Below are positions 47,587 through 58,509 of a stretch of DNA of 64,000 nt, in pieces. Under the pieces are notes generated by a model. The model searched no databases. It was not told the DNA's origin and was given only the letters and a program-made list of their open reading frames with translations. Made by a program: the position numbers and the translations under genes. The DNA lies in NCBI GenBank assembly GCA_937903605.1, contig CALCZC010000025.1, positions 206,618-270,617 on the forward strand, in the 5' to 3' direction. Position 1 is the stretch's first letter. Each line of letters begins with the position of its first letter. The DNA is from an uncultured bacterium (GTDB taxonomy: Bacteria; Patescibacteriota; Patescibacteriia; Magasanikbacterales; GWA2-37-8).

Positions 47587-48168
47587 TTAAGGTTTTAAGT
47601 TGTAGTTTTGAGATTTGACATTTGAGTTTTGAGTTCGGTTTTCTACCGAAAACCGACATCCACAATAATCCTGCCGATAAATCTTTCTATCAGCAACCAT
47701 CTTCCTTCCCTTCTCCTGTCTTCCTCCTGTTTTCCAATCAACATCTAAAAACTTCAAACCAAGCTTTTTGGCGATACTGCTCCCAAGTGGATGGATAACA
47801 TCCGCTTTTTTGTTTCTACCACTGGTCAAAGTAGTGGCAAAAATATCAAAACTATTTTTAACTGCATATTCTCCGGCTTTTTGAAGGCGTATGACAAAAC
47901 ATTTTACACATCTGACACCACCTTCGGGAGCATTTTCTAAACCTTTGACACTTTCTTCCCATTTTTGCGTTTCATAATCCGCATCAACCATAGGTATTTT
48001 CCATTCTTTACAAACACGAACTACTTCGGCTTTACGTTTTAAATATTCTGACTCCGGATAAATATTTGGATTATAAAAATAAACCGTCAAATCATAGAGG
48101 CCTTTCAATTCATCGATGATAGCGATACTGCAGGGAGCGCAGCATACATGAAGTAAACACCTTTGCAT
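47587..48168 (-). CDS. queH: epoxyqueuosine reductase QueH (DUF208)
   Basis: LLHVCCAPCS and YRQDYCGC cysteine motifs. Confidence 0.75.
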   Translation of the reverse strand: MQRCLLHVCCAPCSIAIIDELKGLYDLTVYFYNPNIYPESEYLKRKAEVVRVCKEWKIPMVDADYETQKWEESVKGLENAPEGGVRCVKCFVIRLQKAGEYAVKNSFDIFATTLTSGRNKKADVIHPLGSSIAKKLGLKFLDVDWKTGGRQEKGRKMVADRKIYRQDYCGCRFSVENRTQNSNVKSQNYNLKP

Positions 48169-48229
48169 AAAAAATTTATAAATTTCAAGATTTAAAGATT
48201 AAAAGATTGAAAGATTTTGATATTGGATA

Positions 48230-48295
48230 TTGAATATTAAATATTAACCACCCCTACCCCTCCTTCGTAAGGAGGGTAATATCCAGTATTCAATA
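48230..48295. repeat. GC hairpin element CCCCTCCTT-CGT-AAGGAGGG with flanking AATATT repeats, copy 2
   Basis: Core at 48257-48276; same as 24924-24944. Confidence 0.65.
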
Positions 48296-48303
48296 TTCAT
48301 TAT

Positions 48304-49653
48304 TTATTTTCGCAAGTATTTTTTATTTTTCAACTCTTCCGGCAAATATTCTTGATCAACAGGTCCGGTGTGATCCGGATTATATTTATAACCATCACCA
48401 TAACCGATATCTTTCATAAAACCCGTCACTGCATTGCGCAGGTGAAGTGGTACACCCAGATGAGAAGTATTTTCCGCATCTTTCATCGCCTTTTCATAAG
48501 CCACATACAACAAATTGGACTTGGTGGATTTGGCGCAATAAACTACAGCTTGAGCTAGATGAACTCCGCATTCAGGCATACCCAAACGATGACAAGCGTC
48601 GTACGCGGCATTGGCTTGGATAAGCGCTTCGCCATTGGCCATACCAATATCCTCACTGGCAAATCTGACCACTCGTCGCGCCACATAAAGAGGATCGGCT
48701 CCACCCTGCAACATTCGAGCTAACCAATAAATAGCAGCATCCGGATCGCTACCGCGCATAGATTTGTGTAGCGCGGAAATGAGGTTATAAAATTCCTCTC
48801 CTTGTTTATCAAAAACCACGTTTACTTTTTGTGCCGCTTCTTTAACAATTTCTTTGGTGATGTCTACCTCACCCCGCCCCTCTCCTTTTAAAGGAGAGGG
48901 TGACTGACCTCCCCCCGCCCCTCCTTCGTAAGGAGGGGATAATTGTCCCTCCTCTCCTTGCGAAGGAGAGGATTGAGGTGAGGTCTTCACCGCTAACTCC
49001 AAAATATTCAATGCTGTCCGCGCATCACCACCGGAAAAAAAGACGATACTTTTAATCACCTCATCATCAATTTTTATTTTTATATCTCCCAATCCTCGCT
49101 CTTTGTCCATCAACGCTCTTTTTATCACTTGAACCAAATCCTCTTCACCAAGAGATTTCAAAACAAAAACTCGCGAACGAGAAAGTAAAGCGCGAATAAT
49201 TTCAAACGAAGGATTTTCCGTAGTAGCGCCGATAAGAATTATTTCTCCCTGTTCTACATAAGGCAATAATGCATCTTGTTGGGCTTTATTCCAACGATGA
49301 ATTTCATCAATAAATAGAATAGTGCGCAAATTTTCTTTTTCTTTTTTTTCTTTGGCCACTATTACTGCCTGACGCAACTCTTCTTTACCGCTCATCACCG
49401 CAGATAGTTGAATAAAGTGAGATTTTGTTTTAGTGGCAATAATTTTGGCCAAAGTTGTTTTACCTACTCCCGGTGGTCCCCAAAAAATCAATGAAGTTAA
49501 ATCATCGCTTTCTATCAAACGGCGCAATATCTTACCCTGACCCACGATATCGGCCTGTCCAAAAAATCCGTCAAAATCAAGAGGACGCATACGCTCGGCG
49601 AGAGGAACAGAGTTTGTTGCTACAGTTTGAATTTTGTTCTGTTTAGGAGACAT
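48304..49653 (-). CDS. rarA: replication-associated recombination protein A (RarA/MgsA AAA+ ATPase) with ~40-aa low-complexity insertion
   Basis: GPPGVGKTTLA, DEIHRWNKAQQD, C-terminal MgsA_C; the insertion SPSQGEEGQLSPPYEGGAGGGQSPSPLKGEGRGE is encoded by three tandem GC hairpin repeats. Confidence 0.85.
   Translation of the reverse strand: MSPKQNKIQTVATNSVPLAERMRPLDFDGFFGQADIVGQGKILRRLIESDDLTSLIFWGPPGVGKTTLAKIIATKTKSHFIQLSAVMSGKEELRQAVIVAKEKKEKENLRTILFIDEIHRWNKAQQDALLPYVEQGEIILIGATTENPSFEIIRALLSRSRVFVLKSLGEEDLVQVIKRALMDKERGLGDIKIKIDDEVIKSIVFFSGGDARTALNILELAVKTSPQSSPSQGEEGQLSPPYEGGAGGGQSPSPLKGEGRGEVDITKEIVKEAAQKVNVVFDKQGEEFYNLISALHKSMRGSDPDAAIYWLARMLQGGADPLYVARRVVRFASEDIGMANGEALIQANAAYDACHRLGMPECGVHLAQAVVYCAKSTKSNLLYVAYEKAMKDAENTSHLGVPLHLRNAVTGFMKDIGYGDGYKYNPDHTGPVDQEYLPEELKNKKYLRK
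48877..48971. repeat. three tandem GC hairpin repeats (CCCTCTCCTTT-T-AAAGGAGAGGG; CCCCTCCTT-CGT-AAGGAGGGG; CCTCTCCTT-GCG-AAGGAGAGG) in-frame inside rarA
   Basis: Same family as the intergenic copies at 24924 and 48257. Confidence 0.65.
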
Positions 49654-49670
49654 AATCTTTATAAAAAATA

Positions 49671-49794
49671 TTTTAGATTTATGATTTATGATTTAAGAAT
49701 TATGAATTATGTAACAAAATACAAAATATTACAAAATTACAAAAAAGATAAGTTGTCCTGTCATTCTAAAATCTGCATTCTAAAATCTAAAATT
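49671..49794 (+). repeat. AT-rich composite repeat, copy D (with a ~45-bp internal insertion)
   Basis: TTTTAGATTTATGATTTATG...TGTCATTCTAAAATCTGCATTCTAAAATCTAAAATTC. Confidence 0.65.
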
Positions 49795-49795
49795 C

Positions 49796-50908
49796 TCAAA
49801 CAATTTTCTTCATCGCACTTCCCCACCACTGTTTAATCTTTTTTACAATCCAAAAATCAGTGAATTTTTTTCGATCATAGAGCACGGCTTGGTTTTTGAG
49901 TTCTTCAAAAATATTGTTCAATTCTTTGACCATATTTTTTTCTTCAAAAATTACGTCCGCTTCTTTGTTGATGTAAAAACTACGGTGAGTAAAATTATTA
50001 CTACCAATAGAACCAAATTTATTATCTACAGACATGGCTTTGCCATGATGCATTCGTGGCAAGAAAAAAAGTTTGGCTCCGGCCAAATGAGTCAATTCAT
50101 AAAAAGCCTGAGACGCCAATTGGATAAATTTATGATCCGGACGATAAGGTAAAATAATATTTATTTCCACTCCGCGTTTTTTGGCTTCAGTCAGAAGTTT
50201 CAAAAACTTCTTGTCAGGGATATAATACGGCGTCATCAAGGTAATAGATTGTTTGGCGGAACGAATAAGTTTGTAATAAAAATTTTTCAGTTTTGACTTT
50301 TCCGCATCAAAAATCGGCGCATGAAAAATAAAATTTATTTTCTTTTTCCAATCGGGTAATTCTTTATATTTTATCGGATGAAACAAACGACGAACTTTTT
50401 TCTTTTCTCCACCGGATTTTACATAACTGCGCGCAAACTGACGGATAAGCGGACGAACACTTTTCCCCTCCAACCGTAAATGTAAGTCTCCCCATTCTTT
50501 TTCTTCCGCCATCACATTTACTCCGCCCAAAAAAGATATTTCCTCATCCACTATCAAAACTTTGCGATGATTGCGTTGCCAAATACGTTTGAACCATTTA
50601 TAAAAATTGAATTGAAATTTAAAAACTTCGTTATAAATCACCAAGTCTATTCCTGCTTGACGTAAATCGTTTTGTTGAGCGCTCGTAAGAGAAAAACTAC
50701 CAAGATGATCGGCAATAATTTTTATTTCCAATCCGGCTTGAGCTTTTTGTATTAATAGGTTTATAAACTTCTGCCCCACTTCGTCATTGCCTATAGCATA
50801 AATTTCCCAAAAAACTGATTTTTGCGCTTCTAAAATAGCTTGATACATAGCATCCCAAGCTTCATTGGCAGTGGTGTAGAATTTGTAGGCAAAGCTTTTT
50901 TCACTCAT
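49796..50908 (-). CDS. phospholipase D family protein, cardiolipin-synthase-like (two HKD motifs)
   Basis: HRKVLIVDE and HGKAMSVDNKFGSIGSNNF HKD motifs. Confidence 0.7.
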   Translation of the reverse strand: MSEKSFAYKFYTTANEAWDAMYQAILEAQKSVFWEIYAIGNDEVGQKFINLLIQKAQAGLEIKIIADHLGSFSLTSAQQNDLRQAGIDLVIYNEVFKFQFNFYKWFKRIWQRNHRKVLIVDEEISFLGGVNVMAEEKEWGDLHLRLEGKSVRPLIRQFARSYVKSGGEKKKVRRLFHPIKYKELPDWKKKINFIFHAPIFDAEKSKLKNFYYKLIRSAKQSITLMTPYYIPDKKFLKLLTEAKKRGVEINIILPYRPDHKFIQLASQAFYELTHLAGAKLFFLPRMHHGKAMSVDNKFGSIGSNNFTHRSFYINKEADVIFEEKNMVKELNNIFEELKNQAVLYDRKKFTDFWIVKKIKQWWGSAMKKIV

Positions 50909-51008
50909 AAATTAAATACTAACGATTGATAAAAATGTTAAACTAAATTTTATATGAATAAACGAATTTCAGATTGTAGATTGCAGATTGATGATTAATA
51001 AAACGTTT

Positions 51009-51126
51009 TGTCATTCTGATCCGCCCAGGCGGAGAAGAATCCCTTGTATTTTAAATGTTTTTAAGAAGCATTGTTTAAGAGATCCTTTCCCAACGGGACC
51101 CCTTTGGGGCACACGTTCAGGATGAC
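51009..51126. repeat. GC-rich palindromic element (TGTCATTCTGATCCGCC-CAG-GCGGAGAAGAATCCC ... GAGATCCTTTCC...CAGGATGAC)
   Basis: Same terminal consensus family GTCATYCTGA...GAAGRATCYC. Confidence 0.6.
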
Positions 51127-51180
51127 GAACTGTCGGTCGTAATTATAAAATCATAAATCTGAAATCACAAATCATCAATT

Positions 51181-53643
51181 TTACAGGTATTCTAAGTATT
51201 TCTGCTCCAAACTGTCAATAAACCGACTTCTGGCTTGTTGTCGCGGACCGTAAGAGCTCAGATAATTATCGCTATAACTTAAATAAATATGTTTTTTTGC
51301 GCGAGTTAAGGCCACGTAAAATAAACGTTTTTCTTCTTCCAAATCACTTTTATAAGCCGGGAATTTGAATTCATTCATCCCGATAATAAATACATAATCA
51401 AATTCCAATCCTTTGGCTTGATGCACTGTAATAATCGGAGTCTTGCCGGATTCCAGTCCAAGAAAATCCAGATTTTTTGCCAAAGCAAAACGACCAACAA
51501 GTTCTTTCAATGCATTCTCACTATCTTTTTCAAAGTCGTCATAATATTTCAAAAAGTTCAATAATTTTTCCACATTTTTTATTTTTTCTCCGGTTTGATC
51601 ATTTTCTTCATAATATTTTTTCAAACCGGAATCTGTAAAAATAAATTCCACCGCTTTGTCCGGTCTAACATCGCGAACCGTTTTTTTCCAATTTTCCATT
51701 TTCAAAGCCAAAGCCAAAAATTTGTTGGCATATTCTTTGAAAAATTTTTCTCGTTCTTTGATATTTTTTTTCAAAATTTGTCCGAGCTTTAACAGTAAGT
51801 CTATAGTAGCCGCTACATCGTCATCTGCGCTATGCGTGGCAGAGCTCAAACCCAAGAGATTAGAAAGAGTCGTGAGTTTGTAATTTTCGCTTTGCAATAA
51901 ACGGCGACTCAAATCCAGGGTATCGTAAAATTCTTTTATTACTTTTTTGAGTCCCAGTCGTTTACAATTTTCCTCCATCATTTTCAAATCAAAATAAACA
52001 TTGTGTCCGACTACTGCGTCTGAACCGATAAATTCATTTATTTTTTGCAATACTGTTTTAGGATCTTGTCCGTGTTCACGTAAAAATTCATCGCTAAGTC
52101 CGTGCACGTCTTGAGAAGAACCGACCGGAACGGAATTTTTCAGATAAAAATGAAGTTTTTCTCCCGGTACACCGCTTTTTACTTCTTGAGCAAAAATCTG
52201 TACGATCTCATCACGCAATGGGTTGATACCCGTGGTTTCGGTATCTAACACCACCAAACGTCCTTTTTCCATTGAGACTAAAAGTTTTTCAAAAGGTTCG
52301 CTACGACCGAAATTTTCAAAAGACAAAAAATCACAAACTCGCAAACCAGAAGGAGAAATTTCTTCTGTCATTTTTTTGAAAGCCGGCGCAGTCATGATTT
52401 TCTCAGGTCTGACTGTCAATCGTGCTGCGCTTTCGGTATCAAATTTATTGAAAATTATTTTTATACAAGCAAGTAAATCTTTGATTTCCTGGCGACGAAA
52501 AAATCGGAATTTATCCACGGTAATAAATGGCTCGTTTTTTTCTTCAAATTTACTCACCGCTTCGCGGATAAGCTGGTGTCCGCGAGATAGTACCGCCACA
52601 CTCACCTGCGGCTCCTCTTGTCTTATCTTTTTGAGCTCTTCAATCACAAAACCGATTTCCTCGTTAAAATCAAAACCCCGCCAAACCGTAATACATTTTT
52701 CTTTACCTCCGTTATTTGGAGTAGTCAATTCACCGGTATGAGTTTTTTCAAAACTATTCAAAAAAGATTTAACTGCTAAAAGCAAATGCGGATTGAAGCG
52801 ATAGTTAACCGTCAGATAATGCTCCGTAACCGGCGCAAAATGAGATTTAAAAATTTGAGAAATAAAAGTAGGATTACTCCCGCGCCAAGAATAAATAGTT
52901 TGATCCAGATCGCCTATGAAAGCAATATTTTTATAAACCTTGGCCAGCTCTTTGACTACCAGATACTCGGACAAGTGCGTGTCTTGAAATTCATCCACTT
53001 GGATAAAACGATATCGAGAACTCCATTTTTGTTTACTTTTTTCTTCCAAATACAGAACTTTCAAAGTATTAACCACCAGCTCGTTGAAATCCAGAACATT
53101 CAAATCAGAAAGTTTTTGCAAATATTTATCTTTGATAATTTCTTCTTCTTTGTTTAGAGGTGTTTGTGCGGTTTTGCAACCGATGAGATTTTCCGTTTCC
53201 GCCAAACGATGACGATAAAGACGGTCAAACAATTTATCATTGCGCGGTTGTTTAAGTTCCGGATAATCATCCAAAATACTTTCGAAAATCTGCATTTGTT
53301 CTTCCTCGTCAATAACAGAAAAATCTCGACTCAACCCCAAAATTTCAGCTTCACTCTTGACCAGATTAGCGCAAAAACCATGAAAAGTTTTGACCGTCAG
53401 TTTTTCCCAAACTTCTTTTTCAGGTATCTGCGATTTTATCCGTTCTAGCATTTCCGTAGCTGCCTTGTTGGTAAATGTCAAACACAAAATCTCCTCGGGT
53501 TTTACCCCCTGTTTCAAAACAGAAAGCACTCGTTGCGCCAAAACAGTGGTTTTACCAGTACCAACCGGAGCGCAAACAAGATGGGCGCCAAAAACCGTAT
53601 CAATGATTTTTTGTTGTTCTTGATTAAAATTCATAAGTTTCAA
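51181..53643 (-). CDS. UvrD/Rep-family DNA helicase with embedded DnaQ-like DEDDh 3'-5' exonuclease domain
   Basis: N-terminal CAPVGTGKTT Walker A; exonuclease motifs VLDTETTG, GHNVYFDLKMM, HSADDDVAATIDLL (~aa 465-620); C-terminal UvrD motif VHQAKGLEFDYVFIIG. Confidence 0.75.
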   Translation of the reverse strand: MKLMNFNQEQQKIIDTVFGAHLVCAPVGTGKTTVLAQRVLSVLKQGVKPEEILCLTFTNKAATEMLERIKSQIPEKEVWEKLTVKTFHGFCANLVKSEAEILGLSRDFSVIDEEEQMQIFESILDDYPELKQPRNDKLFDRLYRHRLAETENLIGCKTAQTPLNKEEEIIKDKYLQKLSDLNVLDFNELVVNTLKVLYLEEKSKQKWSSRYRFIQVDEFQDTHLSEYLVVKELAKVYKNIAFIGDLDQTIYSWRGSNPTFISQIFKSHFAPVTEHYLTVNYRFNPHLLLAVKSFLNSFEKTHTGELTTPNNGGKEKCITVWRGFDFNEEIGFVIEELKKIRQEEPQVSVAVLSRGHQLIREAVSKFEEKNEPFITVDKFRFFRRQEIKDLLACIKIIFNKFDTESAARLTVRPEKIMTAPAFKKMTEEISPSGLRVCDFLSFENFGRSEPFEKLLVSMEKGRLVVLDTETTGINPLRDEIVQIFAQEVKSGVPGEKLHFYLKNSVPVGSSQDVHGLSDEFLREHGQDPKTVLQKINEFIGSDAVVGHNVYFDLKMMEENCKRLGLKKVIKEFYDTLDLSRRLLQSENYKLTTLSNLLGLSSATHSADDDVAATIDLLLKLGQILKKNIKEREKFFKEYANKFLALALKMENWKKTVRDVRPDKAVEFIFTDSGLKKYYEENDQTGEKIKNVEKLLNFLKYYDDFEKDSENALKELVGRFALAKNLDFLGLESGKTPIITVHQAKGLEFDYVFIIGMNEFKFPAYKSDLEEEKRLFYVALTRAKKHIYLSYSDNYLSSYGPRQQARSRFIDSLEQKYLEYL

Positions 53644-53703
53644 ACTTACTTAAATATATCCTAAAAAAGCGAATTTTACAACTTTTTTAACCATTTTAAT
53701 CAA

Positions 53704-53732
53704 TTGACAAAACGGATCGAAGATGTTATGTT
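53704..53732 (+). promoter_or_regulatory. candidate promoter TTGACA-N17-TATGTT for the repeat-protein gene
   Basis: Perfect -35, weak -10; GGAGGTG RBS before the ATG at 53772. Confidence 0.35.
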
Positions 53733-53771
53733 GAAAATAACCAGTTCTTTACACAAACCAAACGGAGGTGT

Positions 53772-54386
53772 GTGATGGTCAGGACTTTTACGGGTTATCA
53801 AACCTTTGAAGAAGCCTCGGACGCCTTTGCGGAAATTATCAAAAAGTATGGGATTGACAAAAGCAAGATCGGCACTGGTTTTCCTTTTTATCAGCTGTAT
53901 TACAAAGAAGATCCGAAATTACCTTCCAACCCACACATTCGCTACGGCAATGTTTGGAAAGAAAAAGATAGTTGGATCGGTTTTTTCAAAAAGAACAAAG
54001 AAGAAATGGGATACTACACTTTTGAAGAAGCTGTGCAGGCCATCCAAAAACTGCTTTTTGTCCCCAAAACTCCGGCGCAATACAGGCAGTGGCGCAAAAA
54101 AGATCCACGGCTACCGAGTAACCCTAGAAAGCATTATTCGGATTTTGAAGACCGCGGCGGATGGGATGCTCTTTTACTGATCGCTGAAATTTATATAAAC
54201 AAAAACCCTCGTTATTACGAGAGTGCGGAAAAAGCCAGACGAGCGGTTCACATCCTGGGCATTGTCAACGAAGAAGATTATCGGTTATCTTGTTGGCAGG
54301 ATTCGTGTTTACCGCCAAATCTGCGGGAATATTACGGAAGCTCCGCTTTTTTGAAAGCGTTTGGTTCAGGCAATAAATTCTCTTGA
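53772..54386 (+). CDS. hypothetical protein with two tandem ~70-aa repeats carrying a F-EA...DP(K/R)LPSNP...Y motif
   Basis: YQTFEEASDAF...KEDPKLPSNPHIRYGNVW...WIGFF and YTFEEAVQAI...KKDPRLPSNPRKHYSDF...GWDALL. Confidence 0.5.
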   Translation: MMVRTFTGYQTFEEASDAFAEIIKKYGIDKSKIGTGFPFYQLYYKEDPKLPSNPHIRYGNVWKEKDSWIGFFKKNKEEMGYYTFEEAVQAIQKLLFVPKTPAQYRQWRKKDPRLPSNPRKHYSDFEDRGGWDALLLIAEIYINKNPRYYESAEKARRAVHILGIVNEEDYRLSCWQDSCLPPNLREYYGSSAFLKAFGSGNKFS

Positions 54387-54388
54387 AC

Positions 54389-55177
54389 TTATTTCGGGAA
54401 ACCATTGGTTTCCCTTTTTTTTATCCAAAAAAATAGAAGTATGGAAAATATAATAAACGGAAGACTAAGCCATTGTCCGGCAGTCAAAATACCTTCCCAA
54501 GAAGTTTGATATTCTTTGAAAAATTCCAATAAGAATCGCGAAGAAAAATAAAGAAATAAAAATAAATTAAAAATTGAACCGGATCGCCAAGTTTTTGAAT
54601 ACTTTTGGTATACAATATACAAAATTACAAATAATATCCAAGCAACAAGCATTTCATAAAGTACTACCGGATGGCGCAAAAGCGGAAATTGTTCTGCGCG
54701 AGCAAAATAAACTCCCCAAGGAACAGATGTAATCCGACCCAAAATCTCAGAATTAAAGAAATTTCCTAAACGGATAAAACCGGCTAATAACGGAACAACC
54801 ACTACAAAAGTATCAGCAATATTAAAAAAAGATATTTTTTTATAATAGCCATAAATAATAACTGTCAAAATAATACCGATTGTCATCCCATGACTACTGA
54901 GTCCGCCGTGATTGATAAAAAATATTTCTATCGGATTTCGCCAATAATAAGAAAAATTATAAAACAAAATTTCGCCTATTCGCGCACCGAGAAGTCCGCC
55001 CAGGATAAGCCAAATACATAAATCCAAAGTTTGATCAGTAGTCCATTTTTTTGCTTTAAAAAGTTTTATCAAAACTAAAACTGCCAACAAAATCCCCAAA
55101 GCCAAAAAAATTCCGTACCAACGGATGGAGATAAAGTTTGATTGAAAGATTATTGGATTGAGATTATTGGTAAACAT
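54389..55177 (-). CDS. lgt: prolipoprotein diacylglyceryl transferase
   Basis: 262 aa polytopic protein; RHPVVLYEM matches the Lgt signature. Confidence 0.8.
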   Translation of the reverse strand: MFTNNLNPIIFQSNFISIRWYGIFLALGILLAVLVLIKLFKAKKWTTDQTLDLCIWLILGGLLGARIGEILFYNFSYYWRNPIEIFFINHGGLSSHGMTIGIILTVIIYGYYKKISFFNIADTFVVVVPLLAGFIRLGNFFNSEILGRITSVPWGVYFARAEQFPLLRHPVVLYEMLVAWILFVILYIVYQKYSKTWRSGSIFNLFLFLYFSSRFLLEFFKEYQTSWEGILTAGQWLSLPFIIFSILLFFWIKKRETNGFPK

Positions 55178-55225
55178 ACCTGGTTAGTATAACAGAAATC
55201 TACTTAATATTAAATATTGGATATT

Positions 55226-55253
55226 AAAAAAGACCTTTGAAAAGGTCTTTTTT
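55226..55253. terminator. bidirectional terminator AAAAAAGACCTTT-GAAA-AGGTCTTTTTT
   Basis: Perfect hairpin with A-run on one side and T-run on the other. Confidence 0.65.
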
Positions 55254-55258
55254 AATTT

Positions 55259-55390
55259 CTATTTTCCACAATCACATCCACAACCGCAAGTTTCTTCTTC
55301 TTTTTCTTCACATTTGCAGTCTGGACCACAGTCACAACCTTCTTTACCACATTCACAAGGTTCTTGTGGTTTTAATTCATCTAAGTTCAT
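55259..55390 (-). CDS. small cysteine-rich metallothionein-like protein (43 aa; absent from the ORF track)
   Basis: Minus-strand translation MNLDELKPQEPCECGKEGCDCGPDCKCEEKEEETCGCGCDCGK*; 12 Cys in CxC and CxCxC arrays; own consensus promoter and terminator. Confidence 0.45.
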   Translation of the reverse strand: MNLDELKPQEPCECGKEGCDCGPDCKCEEKEEETCGCGCDCGK

Positions 55391-55431
55391 AGTTTTTGTT
55401 TACGGCTACTAAAAGTAGCTACTCGGGGTAT

Positions 55432-55460
55432 ATTATAGCACATTTTAGCCTTTTTGTCAA
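55432..55460 (-). promoter_or_regulatory. perfect sigma-70 promoter TTGACA-N17-TATAAT (minus strand) for the Cys-rich small gene
   Basis: Reverse complement reads TTGACAAAAAGGCTAAAATGTGCTATAAT; a CCCCGC-TGA-GCGGGG hairpin sits immediately upstream. Confidence 0.6.
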
Positions 55461-55665
55461 CCCCGCTGAGCGGGGTAAGAATTTTGGCTAAAGAAAGAGA
55501 AAAATACTGTATTTATAAATTATAACTCTCTACTTTTTTTCTGTCACGCTTAGCGTGACAGTTTAAGAGAAGCGGGGTTATTAGATGCGCTCAGCGTATC
55601 AAGGGCTTAATTTGGCTAACTTTAGCCATTTTAGCTAACTTTAGCCTAATTAAATATTGAATACT

Positions 55666-55693
55666 AAAAAATCGCTTACTTCAGCGATTTTTT
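55666..55693 (-). terminator. atp operon terminator (ATCGCTGAAGTAAGCGAT followed by T6 on the minus strand)
   Basis: Directly after the atpC stop. Confidence 0.65.
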
Positions 55694-55698
55694 ATGAC

Positions 55699-56139
55699 TT
55701 ATTTATTTATTTTAATCTTCCTATATTTCTTGCCGACGACCGCGCGGTTCATTTCTTTTTCAATCATTGCTTGAATTCTGGCATATTCTACATCTTCTAC
55801 ATTTTTAATTTGCTTTAACAACTCTTCGGCTCGAGCTCTGGATGCTTCAGCGCGTTCTACATCGATTTCTTCTGCTCGTTCAGCTGAATCAGCAATCAAA
55901 TAAAGCTCGTTGTTGGGTCTCATTTCCAAAACTCCACCGGAAAGAGCCAGGTCGGTTTCATAACCATCTTTATAAATATTAATTTCTCCGGAACGCAAAA
56001 CAGAAACCATTGCTTCATGCTCTGGTAAAATAGTTACTTCTCCGGATTTAGTCGGTAAGGTGACTTTTTCTACATTATCCTCGTAGATAATACCACCCGG
56101 CGTAACAATGGTTAATTTAAATGTTTGTTCTTTGGCCAT
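55699..56139 (-). CDS. atpC: F1 ATP synthase subunit epsilon
   Basis: N-terminal beta-sandwich LTIVTPGGIIYE...PEHEAM plus C-terminal helical hairpin. Confidence 0.85.
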   Translation of the reverse strand: MAKEQTFKLTIVTPGGIIYEDNVEKVTLPTKSGEVTILPEHEAMVSVLRSGEINIYKDGYETDLALSGGVLEMRPNNELYLIADSAERAEEIDVERAEASRARAEELLKQIKNVEDVEYARIQAMIEKEMNRAVVGKKYRKIKINK

Positions 56140-56142
56140 AAT

Positions 56143-58508
<2,366 letters not shown>

Positions 58509-58509
58509 A

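Noticed and set aside
22343-49794. AT-rich tandem repeats as CRISPR arrays
   Set aside because: Repeat units are only 7-8 bp with no unique spacers of CRISPR length, and no cas genes are present.
49796-54386. PLD-family gene plus helicase as a DISARM- or other defence-island-like module
   Set aside because: The PLD protein has the cardiolipin-synthase-like two-HKD layout and size. The helicase is UvrD-like with DEDDh rather than DrmA-like, and no DUF1998 or methylase partners are nearby. A housekeeping interpretation is more parsimonious.
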